A DNA stretch of 53,059 nt, counting the filler, from Cladosporium halotolerans (taxonomy: Eukaryota), in assembly GCF_011745625.1 (NCBI RefSeq). It is 2 parts of 2 records of this genome, joined end to end, with 100 filler letters (N's around TTAATTAATTAA, not from the genome) between each part and the next. Parts side by side here need not be neighbours in the genome. Positions count along the whole stretch, not along the records: positions 1 to 26,613 come from NW_027191535.1; 1 more part is not named here. The stretch is one strand, 5' to 3'. A program made the position numbers and the translations under genes. Below the pieces are notes generated by a model that was not told the DNA's origin, did no database searches, and saw nothing but the letters and a program-made list of their open reading frames with translations. Shown here piece by piece: positions 1 to 12,100 of this stretch. Within the stretch, counting starts at the first letter, position 1. Every line of letters starts with the position of its first letter.

Positions 1-104
1 ATCTGATTATTCAGGTCCGAGCTCAATCAGGGACCTGATTGATTGATTACCTGATTGATTATCTGATTGAGAAAATCAAGATTCAAGATCTATGCTCAGC
101 ACCA
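1..104. mobile_element. Probable terminus of a DNA transposon (hAT-like) with TGATT/AATCA subterminal repeats, cut by the window start
   Basis: Dense (C)TGATT(GATT) and AATCAG copies in both orientations at 1-80, ending in ...GATCTATGCTCAGCACCA. The partner end is not in the window. Confidence 0.4.
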
Positions 105-695
105 GGTATCTCGTGGCATAGGCGTGGCATTCTCTTCGTTATGAAGGAGATTGACGGTCGCCTGGGGCTTTCTTAGAGTAATCAAGAATACGAATGATAC
201 TGAATATTCCCACAGCTGAGAAGAAGTTCAAGGGTAAACACGATTTACAAAGAGGATCAGTGGTCAAACTTGTCTTGAGCTCACTTGGAGGTGGCTAAGA
301 CTATTGTGGGAACTTCGCGTATTCAAAAAGGGCTAATGCATGCTTAGGCACAATTAGCGGTGAGCCCTGCCAATCGAGCGATCATGCGCTAGTGCACGCG
401 GATCTGCAGCTCACTTTCATATAACGTCCGCTAGCAAAGCATATCAAGGAAGAGCCAATCGACGCTCATGTTTACTACGCGATCGAACCCCAACTTCGCA
501 ATTGAGACTGCAGAGTGCAGCTCATATGCGCTCCAGCTCCATACAAACGTCATACCATGAGGTATATGGAATCCACAATATGCGCGCTTTGCGACCGTCC
601 ACCTTCACCATTCATACCACTTGGTCTACCTTACATTCCACTTCTCTCAGCACCAATTCAGGTCTACTCCAGTTGTGTTCGCCACCATCAACGCC

Positions 696-1606
696 ATGGG
701 TGCAGTTCAAAAATTGTCAAAGGTCCTTACCGAGCTTTTTGTAATGACATGGGATCTTTGGCTCGCCGCTCTCAACCTTTTGCTGCCCAAACACAAATCC
801 GGCCATGTTGTACCGGCAGGCTGTCCCGGTCACAATGGGAGTTGGCCTGAATATGTTGCCCCAAAAGCTGGCGACTCAAGGTCTGCTTGCCCGATGTTGA
901 ACGCCATGGTGAGACTCTTCCCTCCTTGTGCATTTTGCTCAGCTGCCTTCGCACTCGCAATCCTGTCTTAGACTCGCTGACGATTTGGCAGGCGAACCAC
1001 GGCATTCTGCCACACTCTGGCCGAAACATTACGTTCCGCGAGCTCAAGCGTACCATCCATCAGACCTACAATTTCGCGCCTACATTCTGCTTCTTTGTGC
1101 CCGCATTCGCCGCGAACTTCCTTCACCGCTCGTATTGGACAGGCACCTTCGACCTCGAAGATCTAAGCAAACACAATGCGATCGAGCACGACGCCAGCCT
1201 GACACGCCGCGACTCCGCACTCGTACACGACCAGGGGAAACCAGATCTCGAACTCATAAAAGAATTGCTGGCGGGTGCGACGGGCAAGGGACCCAACGGA
1301 GAGAAGCTGCTCACAAAGCAAGACTTGAGCAAAGCATTGAGCAAAAGGAGGATGGAAGCGAAAGCGGAGAATCCAGAGTACTCGGAGAGCTTGTTCCACA
1401 ACATGTTCGGGAGTGCCAACTCGTCAACCATGCTTACGATCTTTGGTGGTCGCGTCGATGATTTGGTCCCGATGTTGACCGAGGAGCGGTTCGCGGACAA
1501 TTGGGAGCCGAGAATAACATCCCATTTCGGGTTGACCATGGCAGAGTTCAACACAACGGTTTTGCCTGTAGAATTCGGTGTCCAAGTTAAGAAAAAGAGC
1601 CAGTAG
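696..1606 (+). CDS. Heme-thiolate peroxidase / chloroperoxidase-like (short unspecific peroxygenase family)
   Basis: Exons 696-908 and 992-1606; intron GTGAGA...GCTGAC...CAG. Spliced motifs SRSACPMLNAMANHG (proximal Cys) and IEHDASLTRRD. Confidence 0.9.
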
Positions 1607-2605
1607 GCTCAGAAAAAAAGGCGTACGTATACAACCTTTGCTTTAGTCAGTATCTCTGATCTATGCTGCGATCACATCCACCGAAGCGTGTTCGAGCTGA
1701 TCCGCGCTTCTAATCTGCAGTCGGACGGCCATTGACCCCATCGTGAACGTCATAATTGAAGTATGCCATGCAAAACGTGAAAGAGTTCCAGCGTAGCGAG
1801 TAACAGTACCTTATACGCTGTACGGCACTCTAGCAGCCGGCAAGGGCGAAGTTGATGGGCGCGTGACTGGACCTCCGACGCGGAAGTGGGCGCAGTCGAA
1901 AGATGTCGAGGCCGAGGTGAAAATGATGCTGCACGCTCGGACCCTGAGGTTGATCGTCGAAAATTGAAGCAAGGCAAGTGGTGGAAGACAAGGTTAGCTG
2001 CTGAGCTGCCCGTGGTGACTGTAGAGATCTTGATGCCGGCATCGGAGCAAGCCGAGAAAGACCTCGGCACAACTCTTCGAGGCATCGACCAAAGCTACCC
2101 AGAAGCACTCGGGATGCCGAATGTGAGCATTCGTTGCACTGATGTTTCTCAAAACGACTACAGACTCGGCAGCATGAGCGATGTCTGCTCAGCGTTGTAT
2201 CTCGAATCGATGACCGAGCAATGATTGATGCGAACTCTGCGGACAGTAAACTTTCTATCGTAGTGATGATTGACGTATTTGATACAGTATGGACAGATCA
2301 ACCGTCCATCCGGGCTCTCAGTAGCTTCATATGATTAGGAATGCGTAAGAACAGTCCGGTATCTGTGAGCTAGACTCGTCTGGCGGCTACTGCACATAAG
2401 CTTTATTTACGTAATGGCCAAAGCCGTTCCATATCGGAAGAAGAAAGATTCTTTTTGGCGAACGCATTTGATTAGGTCCTTACGCACTCCGCTAACCTCC
2501 GTTGTACAATTAGAGTGGAAGTCAGCCTCGAGATGTTGCGGGCCTTGTTCTGCGTTGATTGTTCGAGATCATTTACACACGCAATCTGAGGCCTGCTGAC
2601 AAAAG

Positions 2606-3324
2606 ATGGACAGAAAGTCGCTGATGTTCGTCACAACAGCTATTGGCTTTCTTACTACGGCCTCAGCCCATGGCAAGTTCGAACACAGCGGCTTATGGCA
2701 CCGAGAAGTCTCTGGTCAAAAACCGACGGTCAATGGCATCCCTTACTCTTCGCGCACGCATTGGATGCGAACCGCCAACTCAGCGCTTGGCGCATCCGGC
2801 TCGCCATGCCCGACCGCCGCGTTCGGCTCTGCGATCGTCAACCACACGTCGAACAATGGCCTTAAGAACTTATATGCACTGGCGTGAACCAGAACTCTGC
2901 AACGGGGAGTCCCACCCTCCACGGAGATATCGTGGCTATCAGCAACTACACGTCTATACTTACCTACCCGAACGGCCCATACAAGCTGTCTCCTTCAGAA
3001 GCCTCTTCCGCCTGGGCAGACTTGACGCTGTATACCAATGCTGAGAGTTGCCCGATGTGTGCGAGCGCGATTCGATGGGCGGGTTTCAAGGAGTATGTGT
3101 ACGGGACGAGTATTGAGCGGCTGATTGAGACAGGCTGGGGCCAGATCGATATCGCGAGCTCCGAAGTGTTCATGCAGAACTGGGATATGGAAACCAACAC
3201 AAGGTACATCCCAGAGATGTTGACGAACGAGACAGACCCGTTCTTTTTGTGGCAATTTCAGCCGGAGTATCCTTGTCCAGAGGCTTGCGATAGAAATTCG
3301 AGAGGAAGTTGCGAGAGCTCTTGA
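2606..3324 (+). pseudogene. Secreted-type cytidine/dCMP/guanine deaminase family gene, frameshifted
   Basis: Hydrophobic N-terminus, SPCPTAAFGSAIVNH, then a 1-nt frameshift near 2863-2866 (GGC CTT AA GAA CTT ATA TGC ACT GGC GTG AAC = G L ? E L I C T G V N). Downstream motifs PTLHGD and AESCPMCASAIRWAG. The usual HxE Glu is Asp. Confidence 0.75.
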
Positions 3325-3405
3325 TGGTGTAGATAGCTCTGGTGCCGAGAGATGAAAGCTCTCCTGACGAAATTTGGTCGTCCCAGGTCGTCGTCCTCCA
3401 AGTCT

Positions 3406-4875
3406 TCAAGTTGGTCTCGAGGTGCCCTGCTCCCCAGTGTGATCCTCACTTTCGCTCTCGCTTTCACTATCAAGCTCGAAGTCATGATGAGCCTCTGGTT
3501 CTGCATTCTCAGTACCATGATCGCCACTATCTAGCTCAGCGTGTAGAAACAATGTAAGGAGTCCGACATCGTAAGCGGATTTCAAGGCGCCAGCAATGAC
3601 GAAAGCGATCCAGAAGCGACCCGAGTTTGCCAGTGAACCGGTAAGGAGTGGGCCAGAGCTTTGACTCATGGTCTTGACAGTATTCACGATCCCCATAACA
3701 GCAGTGCGTTCGGCAGGAAGGACGATGGCCGAGAGGAAAGCGCTTCGCGGGGCCTGGTCCATGGAACTAAGAGTGGCTCTGAGGATTAAGAAGGTAATTG
3801 TCAGAGCGAGAGACTCTGGCATCGGGACGAGAGAGAGCAAAATTGCGCTTGGCAGGTGTGTGAAGACCATTGTCTTGACGAGACCGATGCGTTTCGCGAC
3901 TGACGATGCGAACACATTCCCGATGCTTGATAGAAATTGAGCAGCACCGATGATGCTACCCAGCTTGCCTTCTGGCAACGAGAACTTGCGCGAGATGAAA
4001 AAGGCGATGAGTGAGTTGGGGACCATGCCGCTGGCGAGCGAGTCGAAAAAGAACAGACAACACAGCTTTAGCAGTGTCTTTCGCGATGCCGGAGAGATTT
4101 GAGCAATTGCAGATCTCTTTTTCGCTGGAGCTTGTGGGGACCGCATATTCGGGGTCTGAAGGAAGGCTTCAGCCTCTTCACCCTCAGCTGCTTCTGATGG
4201 CTGCGTGCCTCTTTGAGATGGGACTTCGCACTTGTTGGTAAGCAGCATGGTGAGAGCAGCTTTGAGCAGTCCCACCACAGCGTAAATGTAGAAGACGAAG
4301 CGGAAAGAAGCTACTTCGCTCCAGCCTGCTCCCTGCAAAGATTGAGTGATCCATCCACTAGCTAAGGAACCGCCAGCTCCACCTAGAGTCCCAACAACGA
4401 CGTAAAAAGCGAAGATGTCTGACCTTGTTTTCTCATTTGATAACTGCGCGAGAGTCGATTCCTCAATAGCCCGAAAAGGTCCAATTTCGTTTCCACTAGG
4501 ACTAATAACACCGACTATAGCGGCAAACAGTAAGATCCAGTAACTGCTCATGGTAGCAAAGGCGAGACCAGAGAAAGTCATCAGGAGGCCGCCAGCGACA
4601 AGAATCCGGCGACGGCCCCAGGAATCCGCCACCAGGGTGAGCAGCAAGCTGACGCCGACATCTCCGACCAGTGTCAAGCTCAGAAACAGGCCAATCTTGG
4701 TGTCGGAATGTCCAAGCGCTGCGAAATACAAAGCGAGGACCAGTGTACTGGCACCGTAGGCAAACATGCGAATGCATCGGGTGAGCAGCAAGAGATGGAC
4801 ATCGCGGGACGAGGCAAGCAGGGTCGAGATACCTAATTCGTCTCCTAGCCATTTCGAAAAAGATCGGGACGCCAT
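3406..4875 (-). CDS. MFS transporter
   Basis: 489-aa ORF with about 12 hydrophobic segments and the MFS motif-A-like ADSWGRRR; also ISPSGNEIGPFRAIEES. Confidence 0.9.
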   Translation of the reverse strand: MASRSFSKWLGDELGISTLLASSRDVHLLLLTRCIRMFAYGASTLVLALYFAALGHSDTKIGLFLSLTLVGDVGVSLLLTLVADSWGRRRILVAGGLLMTFSGLAFATMSSYWILLFAAIVGVISPSGNEIGPFRAIEESTLAQLSNEKTRSDIFAFYVVVGTLGGAGGSLASGWITQSLQGAGWSEVASFRFVFYIYAVVGLLKAALTMLLTNKCEVPSQRGTQPSEAAEGEEAEAFLQTPNMRSPQAPAKKRSAIAQISPASRKTLLKLCCLFFFDSLASGMVPNSLIAFFISRKFSLPEGKLGSIIGAAQFLSSIGNVFASSVAKRIGLVKTMVFTHLPSAILLSLVPMPESLALTITFLILRATLSSMDQAPRSAFLSAIVLPAERTAVMGIVNTVKTMSQSSGPLLTGSLANSGRFWIAFVIAGALKSAYDVGLLTLFLHAELDSGDHGTENAEPEAHHDFELDSESESESEDHTGEQGTSRPT

Positions 4876-5358
4876 GGCGAAAGTATTGACGGGATAGGCC
4901 TAAGAGTCCGTGTGATGTCCTCCCAGTGGTGTTGTAGGAAAGATTATTGTGACTCCCCGGGTAATCCGCGGGGTCGCCGATTAGGGTTTTTATCGTACAC
5001 CGTATAGAGATGTTCAACCACATCGTAGACGAGGCACATCCTCCTCTGGGCTGCAAACATGTACTTCAGTTTTCGCTCACTGAACAATGCAAGAATATCA
5101 AGAAGTTTGTCGCTGGGTCATGCAAAAACACCTTGCGAATCAAGGCTAAATCGTCGGGATAATCCGAACGTTTTGTGTCTCGAGCCATGTCATTAAACAG
5201 GCAGAGCGGGACAAAACCAATACAAGAGAACAAGTACAAGAGCGACAAGTCAACGTTTTGTCGTCGTAACGCCAAAGCCGCAACAGGGTATCCAGCCATA
5301 TGTCCAGCCCAGGTTCAACGATTAAAAAGTAAACGGATCACCGATGTCCAACAGCTCA

Positions 5359-6866
5359 TCATAAAGCGACCCCAACCTCCCGCGTAACACAGTCATGACG
5401 ACTAATCTCCTCATCAGCAGCAGGATCTGGCAACGGCGTGATCATGAGACTTCGACTGTATCGTTTCGAAACCGTGGGAGACGTCTCGAGTGTATACGAG
5501 GGCGAGTCCAGTGTCGTGAGCGAAGAACTGGCTGAAAGAGCCCTATCCGTGAGAGACGGGCTTCTCGCAGAAATTCTGCAAAATTGCTCATCATTGCTGG
5601 TGACAAGCCGAATAGTAGACGGCGCTATGTGCCCAGCAGAGCTCGTTACGCCTGATGGCGACCCTGGGACTTGAGAGCTGGCGTTGGAAGGCTGCGAGCG
5701 GAGTGACACTTTGTCCGAGCCGGGAGAGAGCGTGCCCTGCCGTGAGTTGCTACGGTACGCCTTATGCGCAGTCAAAGGCCGCGACAAAGCAGAGCCGATG
5801 TCATTCAGCGTCTCCGAGCGAGCGTTGACCTGCATCGCCGGCGCTACGGCTGGTACGTGGCTGTTCCTGGACCTGCCCTTGTTTCCTTCGGCCCGGCGCT
5901 CTTCGACGATAGTGTTGAGCTCAAGGACTTCTTTCTCTACGTCAGAGTCTCCGTTGTGGCCATACGACTTCTGTGATTGGTTTGATCGTTTGCGCTGTAG
6001 GCGCGATCCTGCGCGTGGACGCTCGCTGATTGTTGAGTGTGCCGATGAGTTACTGGCTTCTCTAGCGTGATGCGTTAAAGACCCGGACAACGAGAGAGTC
6101 GATGGTGTTCCCTTTGATGACTTGTTGGAATCCATGAGTGTAGACGTGAGGGTTTGAGAAGAAGCATTCGATCTCAGCACAAGCGTCTCTTCACTCCGTC
6201 GAGCGCACCGTTGGTATGGCGTCTCGCGACTTTCTAGATATGGTTTGGTTGTTGCATGCTCGAGAAAGTGTTGTTTTGACTCCGATCGTTCGTGATCACG
6301 ACCGCGGGTCGCAATGCTGTGTGGCAATTCTGAGAGTGTCCTCGATGCCGTCAATTCGTATGGATCACCGAGTACGACTGGACCTAGAGGAACAGGCACC
6401 AGGCCTTGCGTGTGTGGTTTCAGGCCAGGACTCGGTCGAATTCTACGAGGAGCTTTTTCGAGTGTGGTCCCGGCTGACAGCTGCCCAAGCTCTGCTTCGT
6501 AGTCCGTGGGTCGGGGAAGTAAAGCTTCGACATTGAAGTCTTGCCCTTTTGACTGATCGGGCGAAGCGGACTGATGAGAGTCGCGAGGAGAGTCAACATT
6601 GGAGTACGATCTTCTGGTTGAAGAGGGCGTAATGGCCTTGGGAGGCGCTTTTGTGCCCGGCTGTTGTTGGTAGATGCCATTGGGAGCGGTAGCTGTTCAG
6701 CGTCAGCAATCTGTATTGGAAGCCATGGCTATCGCCGAGGCATACCCGCTGGGTGATCGTTGTCACGCTCACGTGGATACTCATCCTCCGTCAAGGCCGC
6801 ACAGCAGCACAGGAAGGAGGCCAGCCAACCTCTGTAGTGCCCACGGCGGTCAACGAAGAGGCCCAT
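5359..6866 (-). CDS. Fungal hypothetical Ser-rich protein, 2 exons
   Basis: ATG at 6866 (MGLFVDRRGHYRGWLASFLCCCAAL). Intron 6745-6693 (GTATGC...GCTGAC...CAG) splices in frame to a stop-free frame running to 5359. Contains EKEVLELNTIVEERR. Confidence 0.75.
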
Positions 6867-9142
6867 TGACCTCTAAGCTCACCGAATCATTTGGGTCCAG
6901 TGAGAATGTGAGCAAGCACTGTGGTGGACGGCAACGAGAAGATGATGAGAGCAGCAAAGGGAATTATGCAAGGATGTTGAACACGCAGCTCAGCGAAGGC
7001 GTTGAAGACAATAAGATAAAAGGTAGTACAAGAAGACCACCTGCATCAGATCCAGACAGGGCAAGGCACGAGCCCAAAAGTTCCAGCCAGCCGCACGGCA
7101 GTGCCAGAGCATGGCATATGTACCTCGCCGTCTCCGGAGACGCCGTCAAGAAGAAGCATCCTACGAAGACGCCAATCGCACCCTCCAGAAGGGCAACAGA
7201 CGAAGCTCGCAAGGCAGGAAAACTTACGGCAGAGGCGAAGTTTGCGAGAAGCACATGCAGCGGGAGGCGGGAAGCCAATGCAGCTCAATGATTGCTCCGG
7301 AGGCCCAGCTCGTGAAACAGAGCTCGACGCCAGCACGACGTGCCACGTCCCGAGCGTTGGGAAGGGGCGTGCGCGAGTGCACGACTTGGGAGCGATGGCA
7401 CGGCCAGGCAGGAAAGCGTTCGGCGGCCTTGCAGCGTGTCGAAGCGAAATATGGCGGGCTGGCGAATGGGCGCCCTCCAGCACATCGATACCACGCAAGG
7501 CCAGATACGGCGGGCAGGGCTAGCGTGGCAGGCGAGGATTGGTGTGTGAAGAGTCGTCCCACTCGGCCTATCGTGAGAAAGGTGCCAAAGTGTCTCCACG
7601 CGGCTGCCGGACGCGCCGACTCCGCATTCGTCTTCGCAGCCCTGGAGGGTCGAGTGTCGTGAACGGCTGGGGCCAGCGCAAGCGACAGAGCACGAGTGAC
7701 ACTAAGCCAAAAGCGTGAGAGCCCACGGTCGGGGACATCTCATTGTTGTCACGGCACGCCGTGGCACCTCATCAATTGCTCAGCAAGCTTCGATGGCGTC
7801 GACCCCAGCAGTCGGCACTGCACGCCGAACATGCGGGTGCAGACGAGCGATTGGCTGGGGAGTTAAAGTGAGCTGGCGTCAGCACTTGCGCAGGGCGGAG
7901 GGCTAGAGGAGCGGTTGGCCCACGGCTGTTGGCGTGTCATGACGGGGGGCACGGCATGTTGGGTGCCGTTGTAACGAACACAGCATGTGAGATGCGTTGA
8001 TACTGGACACTGCATGTCAGATGCAATGGTGATAGTGAACACGGCATGCCCTGTTACTGCCCTGTTACTGCCCACTCGGCGTGGTCTGAAACGTGAGTGC
8101 GACGGACGGCGAGCCGCCGGGCTGGTTGTGTGGTACGGCTGCCTCAGGACTCCTGTGTGTGTGCAGATGGTGCAGCACACCTTTCGATCGGCCGGGTTTG
8201 AGTTGTGAAGAGTCAGATTGGGTTGCGCGAATCAGCAGCCTGCTGGAGCGAGGTTTGGCTGTTTGCAGGCAGACGATCTGCAAAATGCCAGGTCTGATGG
8301 TTGCGTCAAAAACCTAACAGGGGCGGGTGATGCCGTGGTTCGGCGCATGCTAGACTCCTGCACGCAGACACCACTTGCCGTCTTCACACCACCGCGGGTG
8401 CCGGATGACCGGATGACTGGGACAAGATAGATTCGCAATGCTGCCGAGACTAAAGGCGTTGGCCACGCGGAGGCAAGAACACATAGACAAGGAGGCGGAT
8501 CTGCAGCCGGTCTGGCCGACGTAGTGTCTTGTCGGCGAATCAGCGGCCGTCATCTCCATACACACCATCGAAGACTGGGCGACCGATTTGTTATTTGTGG
8601 CAAATGCAGTACACGCGATGTGAATGGCCGACGGGGAGGAAGTCGCCCACAGCGTTGCGAAGGGACAGCCGCTTGATCGTCGGCGTTTCGTAAGGAGCGA
8701 TCAGTAAATCCGTGCATGGCAAGACGCTTCGAAGACGATATACCCACTACTACGGCCTTCCCGCCATGGGAGATGGATTTGAATACGGTTCGCCATACCT
8801 CCTGATTGACAAGAGGCCGAGCATGTATCTTTGCAATGTCCTGCATGGACCGCACTGGCGGCTGGCGTCCCAAGCTGTTAGAAACAGCCCGATCGTGGCA
8901 CATGTTTAACCTCCGATATTATCAACCTGAATGGGAGTGGCCTCTGGCAAACAAGATGAACCAAAACAGAGAACGCTGAAATTTGCTATGCTTTACAATA
9001 ACCAGAAGATATCGCTGATCCTCCAAACCCGAATTCGTAATCTATACAGCAGCCTTCGACTTTTCCGCTGAATGCAGCCTCGTAGGCAGCTCGTGAGTGA
9101 GACACACGACCCGAACCACCTCATTCAGCACTCTGCGAGAAC

Positions 9143-12100
9143 TTACATGCTCATCTTACTCCCCCTCCTGGCGAAAGAAGAAGACGTCATCCTCGGACTC
9201 GTCGGCTCGTCTCCGTTCCTCCCATGGGCAACCAATCCGCTCATCTCGTCCTTCGCAATCCCCAACTGCGTCTCACACACGCGCCTCCACAACCCTTGGA
9301 CCGCGCGCTGCAGCTCCGGACCCATCTCGCGGTTCATGAGCCCAACAGCCAGCGGAGAGAACGTCTTGACGTGCTTCCCAAACTCTTCGTCACGGAAAGC
9401 GACGTAGCCCTCCAGCACATCGATGACCACGGGCCGCCACGTGACCATGTTGCGCTGTTGGGTCTCCTCATCGAGAGCGATGTACGACGCCAATATGTCC
9501 TGGCACAGCGGGATGAGAGCGGCCTCTGTCTCCTGGCGAGACGCAGCACGGTCGTCGCTCTGGTCCGCGTACATGCGCAGCAGGATGAGCACGTAGACAC
9601 TGGCACTGCCACTCTCTTGTTTGAGGAGGTTGGGCGGCTGGCGCATGAAGCCCTCGCGGAAGAGGCGGGACCGTAGCTCGCGATCTTCGTTGAAACGTTT
9701 GGCGAAGTGGTAGGACTTCTTGAGGAGGGCCATGAGGCGAAGGAGGAGGTGTGAGGGAATAGAAGAGTAGACCGAGTCGTTGTTGAAGAGCTCGCTGACC
9801 GTCTCAATCATGAGGAGTTGAAGGACGCACTTGGTGATGATCTGGTTGAAGTAACGTCTGCGGGCCGCCGTGACGACGACGGGCGCTTGTTGACTCTGGG
9901 AACTGGAGCCTGCGGCGAAAGACTCCAAATCGGAGTCTTTCTGTCCCGGGTGCTTCGAAGGGGAGCTGTTGCGGTCGCGCTCAGTATGTGACTGCTCCGT
10001 CTGCACAGAAGCCCTGCGGTCGGAGCCATTGACTGGCACATCGGACGGCGTGTCTGCGGGCAGACCGTTGATGTTGAGTGCGTTCGACCCGGCCGCGACA
10101 GACGTGTGGTCGTCCACAAGCGATGTGCTGGTAAGACCTGAGGCAGTTTTCGGCACGTCGGGCGCGCCATTTGCGTAGGAACCGCTCTTATCGTACGAGC
10201 TCGACGTAGCAGCCGAGAACAGCTCTCGCGCCTCAGTCCTACCGAAAAGGTCGACAAAAGCCCCGACGATCTTCTCCCAATGTTCAGGGGTGAACTTCTT
10301 GACGTTCTGCAGGATCAGCTGCTGCAAGCAGTTGCTGCCGATCCTTGCCAGTGTATCGTTTTCTTGGCAAATGCAGAGTGCCAGCAAATCCAAGAAGCGG
10401 TCGAGCATGTACTCCAGGCTGTCGAAGAAGTATGTGAATAGCGTGATCATGTTTCGTAGAGCTTGGATCAGCGTGGTAGACAGCCACACAGACAGCTCTT
10501 CGTGGTTGATAGCTTCTTGGTTGATAGCTTTGCGGTCCTTGAGCACCATGAAGATCGGGTACAGCAGCTGTCTCCATAAAGTATCCCAGAACTCCCTTGG
10601 GAAATCCTTACCGTACTTTGTGAGAGTGTCGAATAGGTAGTTCAGTGCACGTGAGCGGACTTCGAGGTCTTCGCCGGTCATGAGTACGTCGTGGAAAGCG
10701 AACAACACCGGGAACCAAAATTGCTCCTCTGAAGTTTGGCGGCTCGGCTGTTTCGGTAGACCCTCAGCTTGTGGTGCATCTTTGCCGCCTGCGACGTTGA
10801 CCGAGAGAGGACATTCAGGTGTGCGGAGCATCTTGGGAACTGTTGATTTCAGCGTCTCGATGGCTTGCAGGCTCTTCTTCTGGAACTTCATGTTCTTGCT
10901 GAACTCAGTAAGGCAGACCACGAGATCTGCGAAAGCGCCTTGGCTGATGACCACGCCGAAGCGATCGTTCCACACTTGGGTGACGTTGTCGAACGCAAGA
11001 TTGACGATGCTCTCGTACGGCTCGCGAGCAGCCACAGTGAACACGCCCAGCATGGTGCGCCATCCAGATCTGATCATGTCGCCACGCGCCTGGATCATCT
11101 GAATGAGACAGCGGAGGACCATGTCCTTGACCGCTACCTGGGAGGCATTGCTCAGGATGTACTCGAAAGGCTTCAAGAAGTCTTTCTGGAACTTGAAACC
11201 TGGCAGCTCCTCGATCTCCATGAAGCGCATACTGAGCTGACGCAAGCTGTTGAGCGCAAAGTATACCACGTGTGTGTTGTTGTGGCAGCCAACGTCGATG
11301 AAATGCTGGCCAAGTATATGCCAGATGCTCGTCCACTCGAAACGCACACGCAGCATGTTGTACCCAGAGATCTCGACGAGCTTTTGCAGACTGTAAGTCC
11401 TCGGGCTGTCGCTCTGACCAGAAGACTGAATCTCCTGCCAGCTGACTTGGGTCAGAGCTCGCACGAAGTGCAAGATAGCGTCTCCTGACAAGTTTGCGGT
11501 GTTTGTGAATATCCGATCCACCCCGCGGATCATGTCTGCCGAGCGCGCGTCTTCTGCGATGTCTGCGTGATATGAGCCGCTCACCGAAGCCTTGGACGCT
11601 GGTCTCCTTGGTACTTGCATGCTCTTCCTGGATCCACTGGCCTGTGGGGCGGGCGCGAACTGCGCCTTCAGCACGTCGGGCACAGCGCCCTCTTCGACAC
11701 CGCTGGAGATGAGCTGAAATCTGTCAAGCTGCGAAATGCAGGTGAGTATGTCGCGCCAGCTCTCGCGAAGAAGGTTGCCCTCGGTGTGAGCAACATCCAA
11801 GAGGGCTCGTAGGGCTTCGACGTTCTTCGCCTTCATCTCCGAGAAATTGTAGAGATTTGTGCTCCGGCCCAAGGACGAGACGAAGGCCTGGCGAGGATCC
11901 TCAAGATCGAAAAGACAAGCAATTCGGATCGCAAGCTTTTGGCCTTCCGTGCAAAGACGTATGATCTCAATGTTCTGAGTCTCTTGAGCAGTGCCGCTCA
12001 GCGCGGTCAAGAAACTCATCCATACAGCGCTGAACATGGGGCCAACATGCTTGAAAGACGTCGCAGTCAAGAACCGTCCCTTTCCACTGGGCGCTCCACC

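Noticed and set aside
1750..2224. Short ORFs on both strands
   Set aside because: No recognisable motifs.
2338..2490. Imperfect 12-15-bp inverted repeat (GGAATGCGTAAG / CTTACGCACTCC), possible MITE
   Set aside because: Short, mismatched and without a TSD.
4981..4988. TTAGGGTT in the MFS promoter
   Set aside because: A single copy with no junction evidence; it is compatible with chance or a promoter telobox.
6870..9100. Many overlapping short ORFs
   Set aside because: GC-rich intergenic DNA with no recognisable domains or coherent exon structure.
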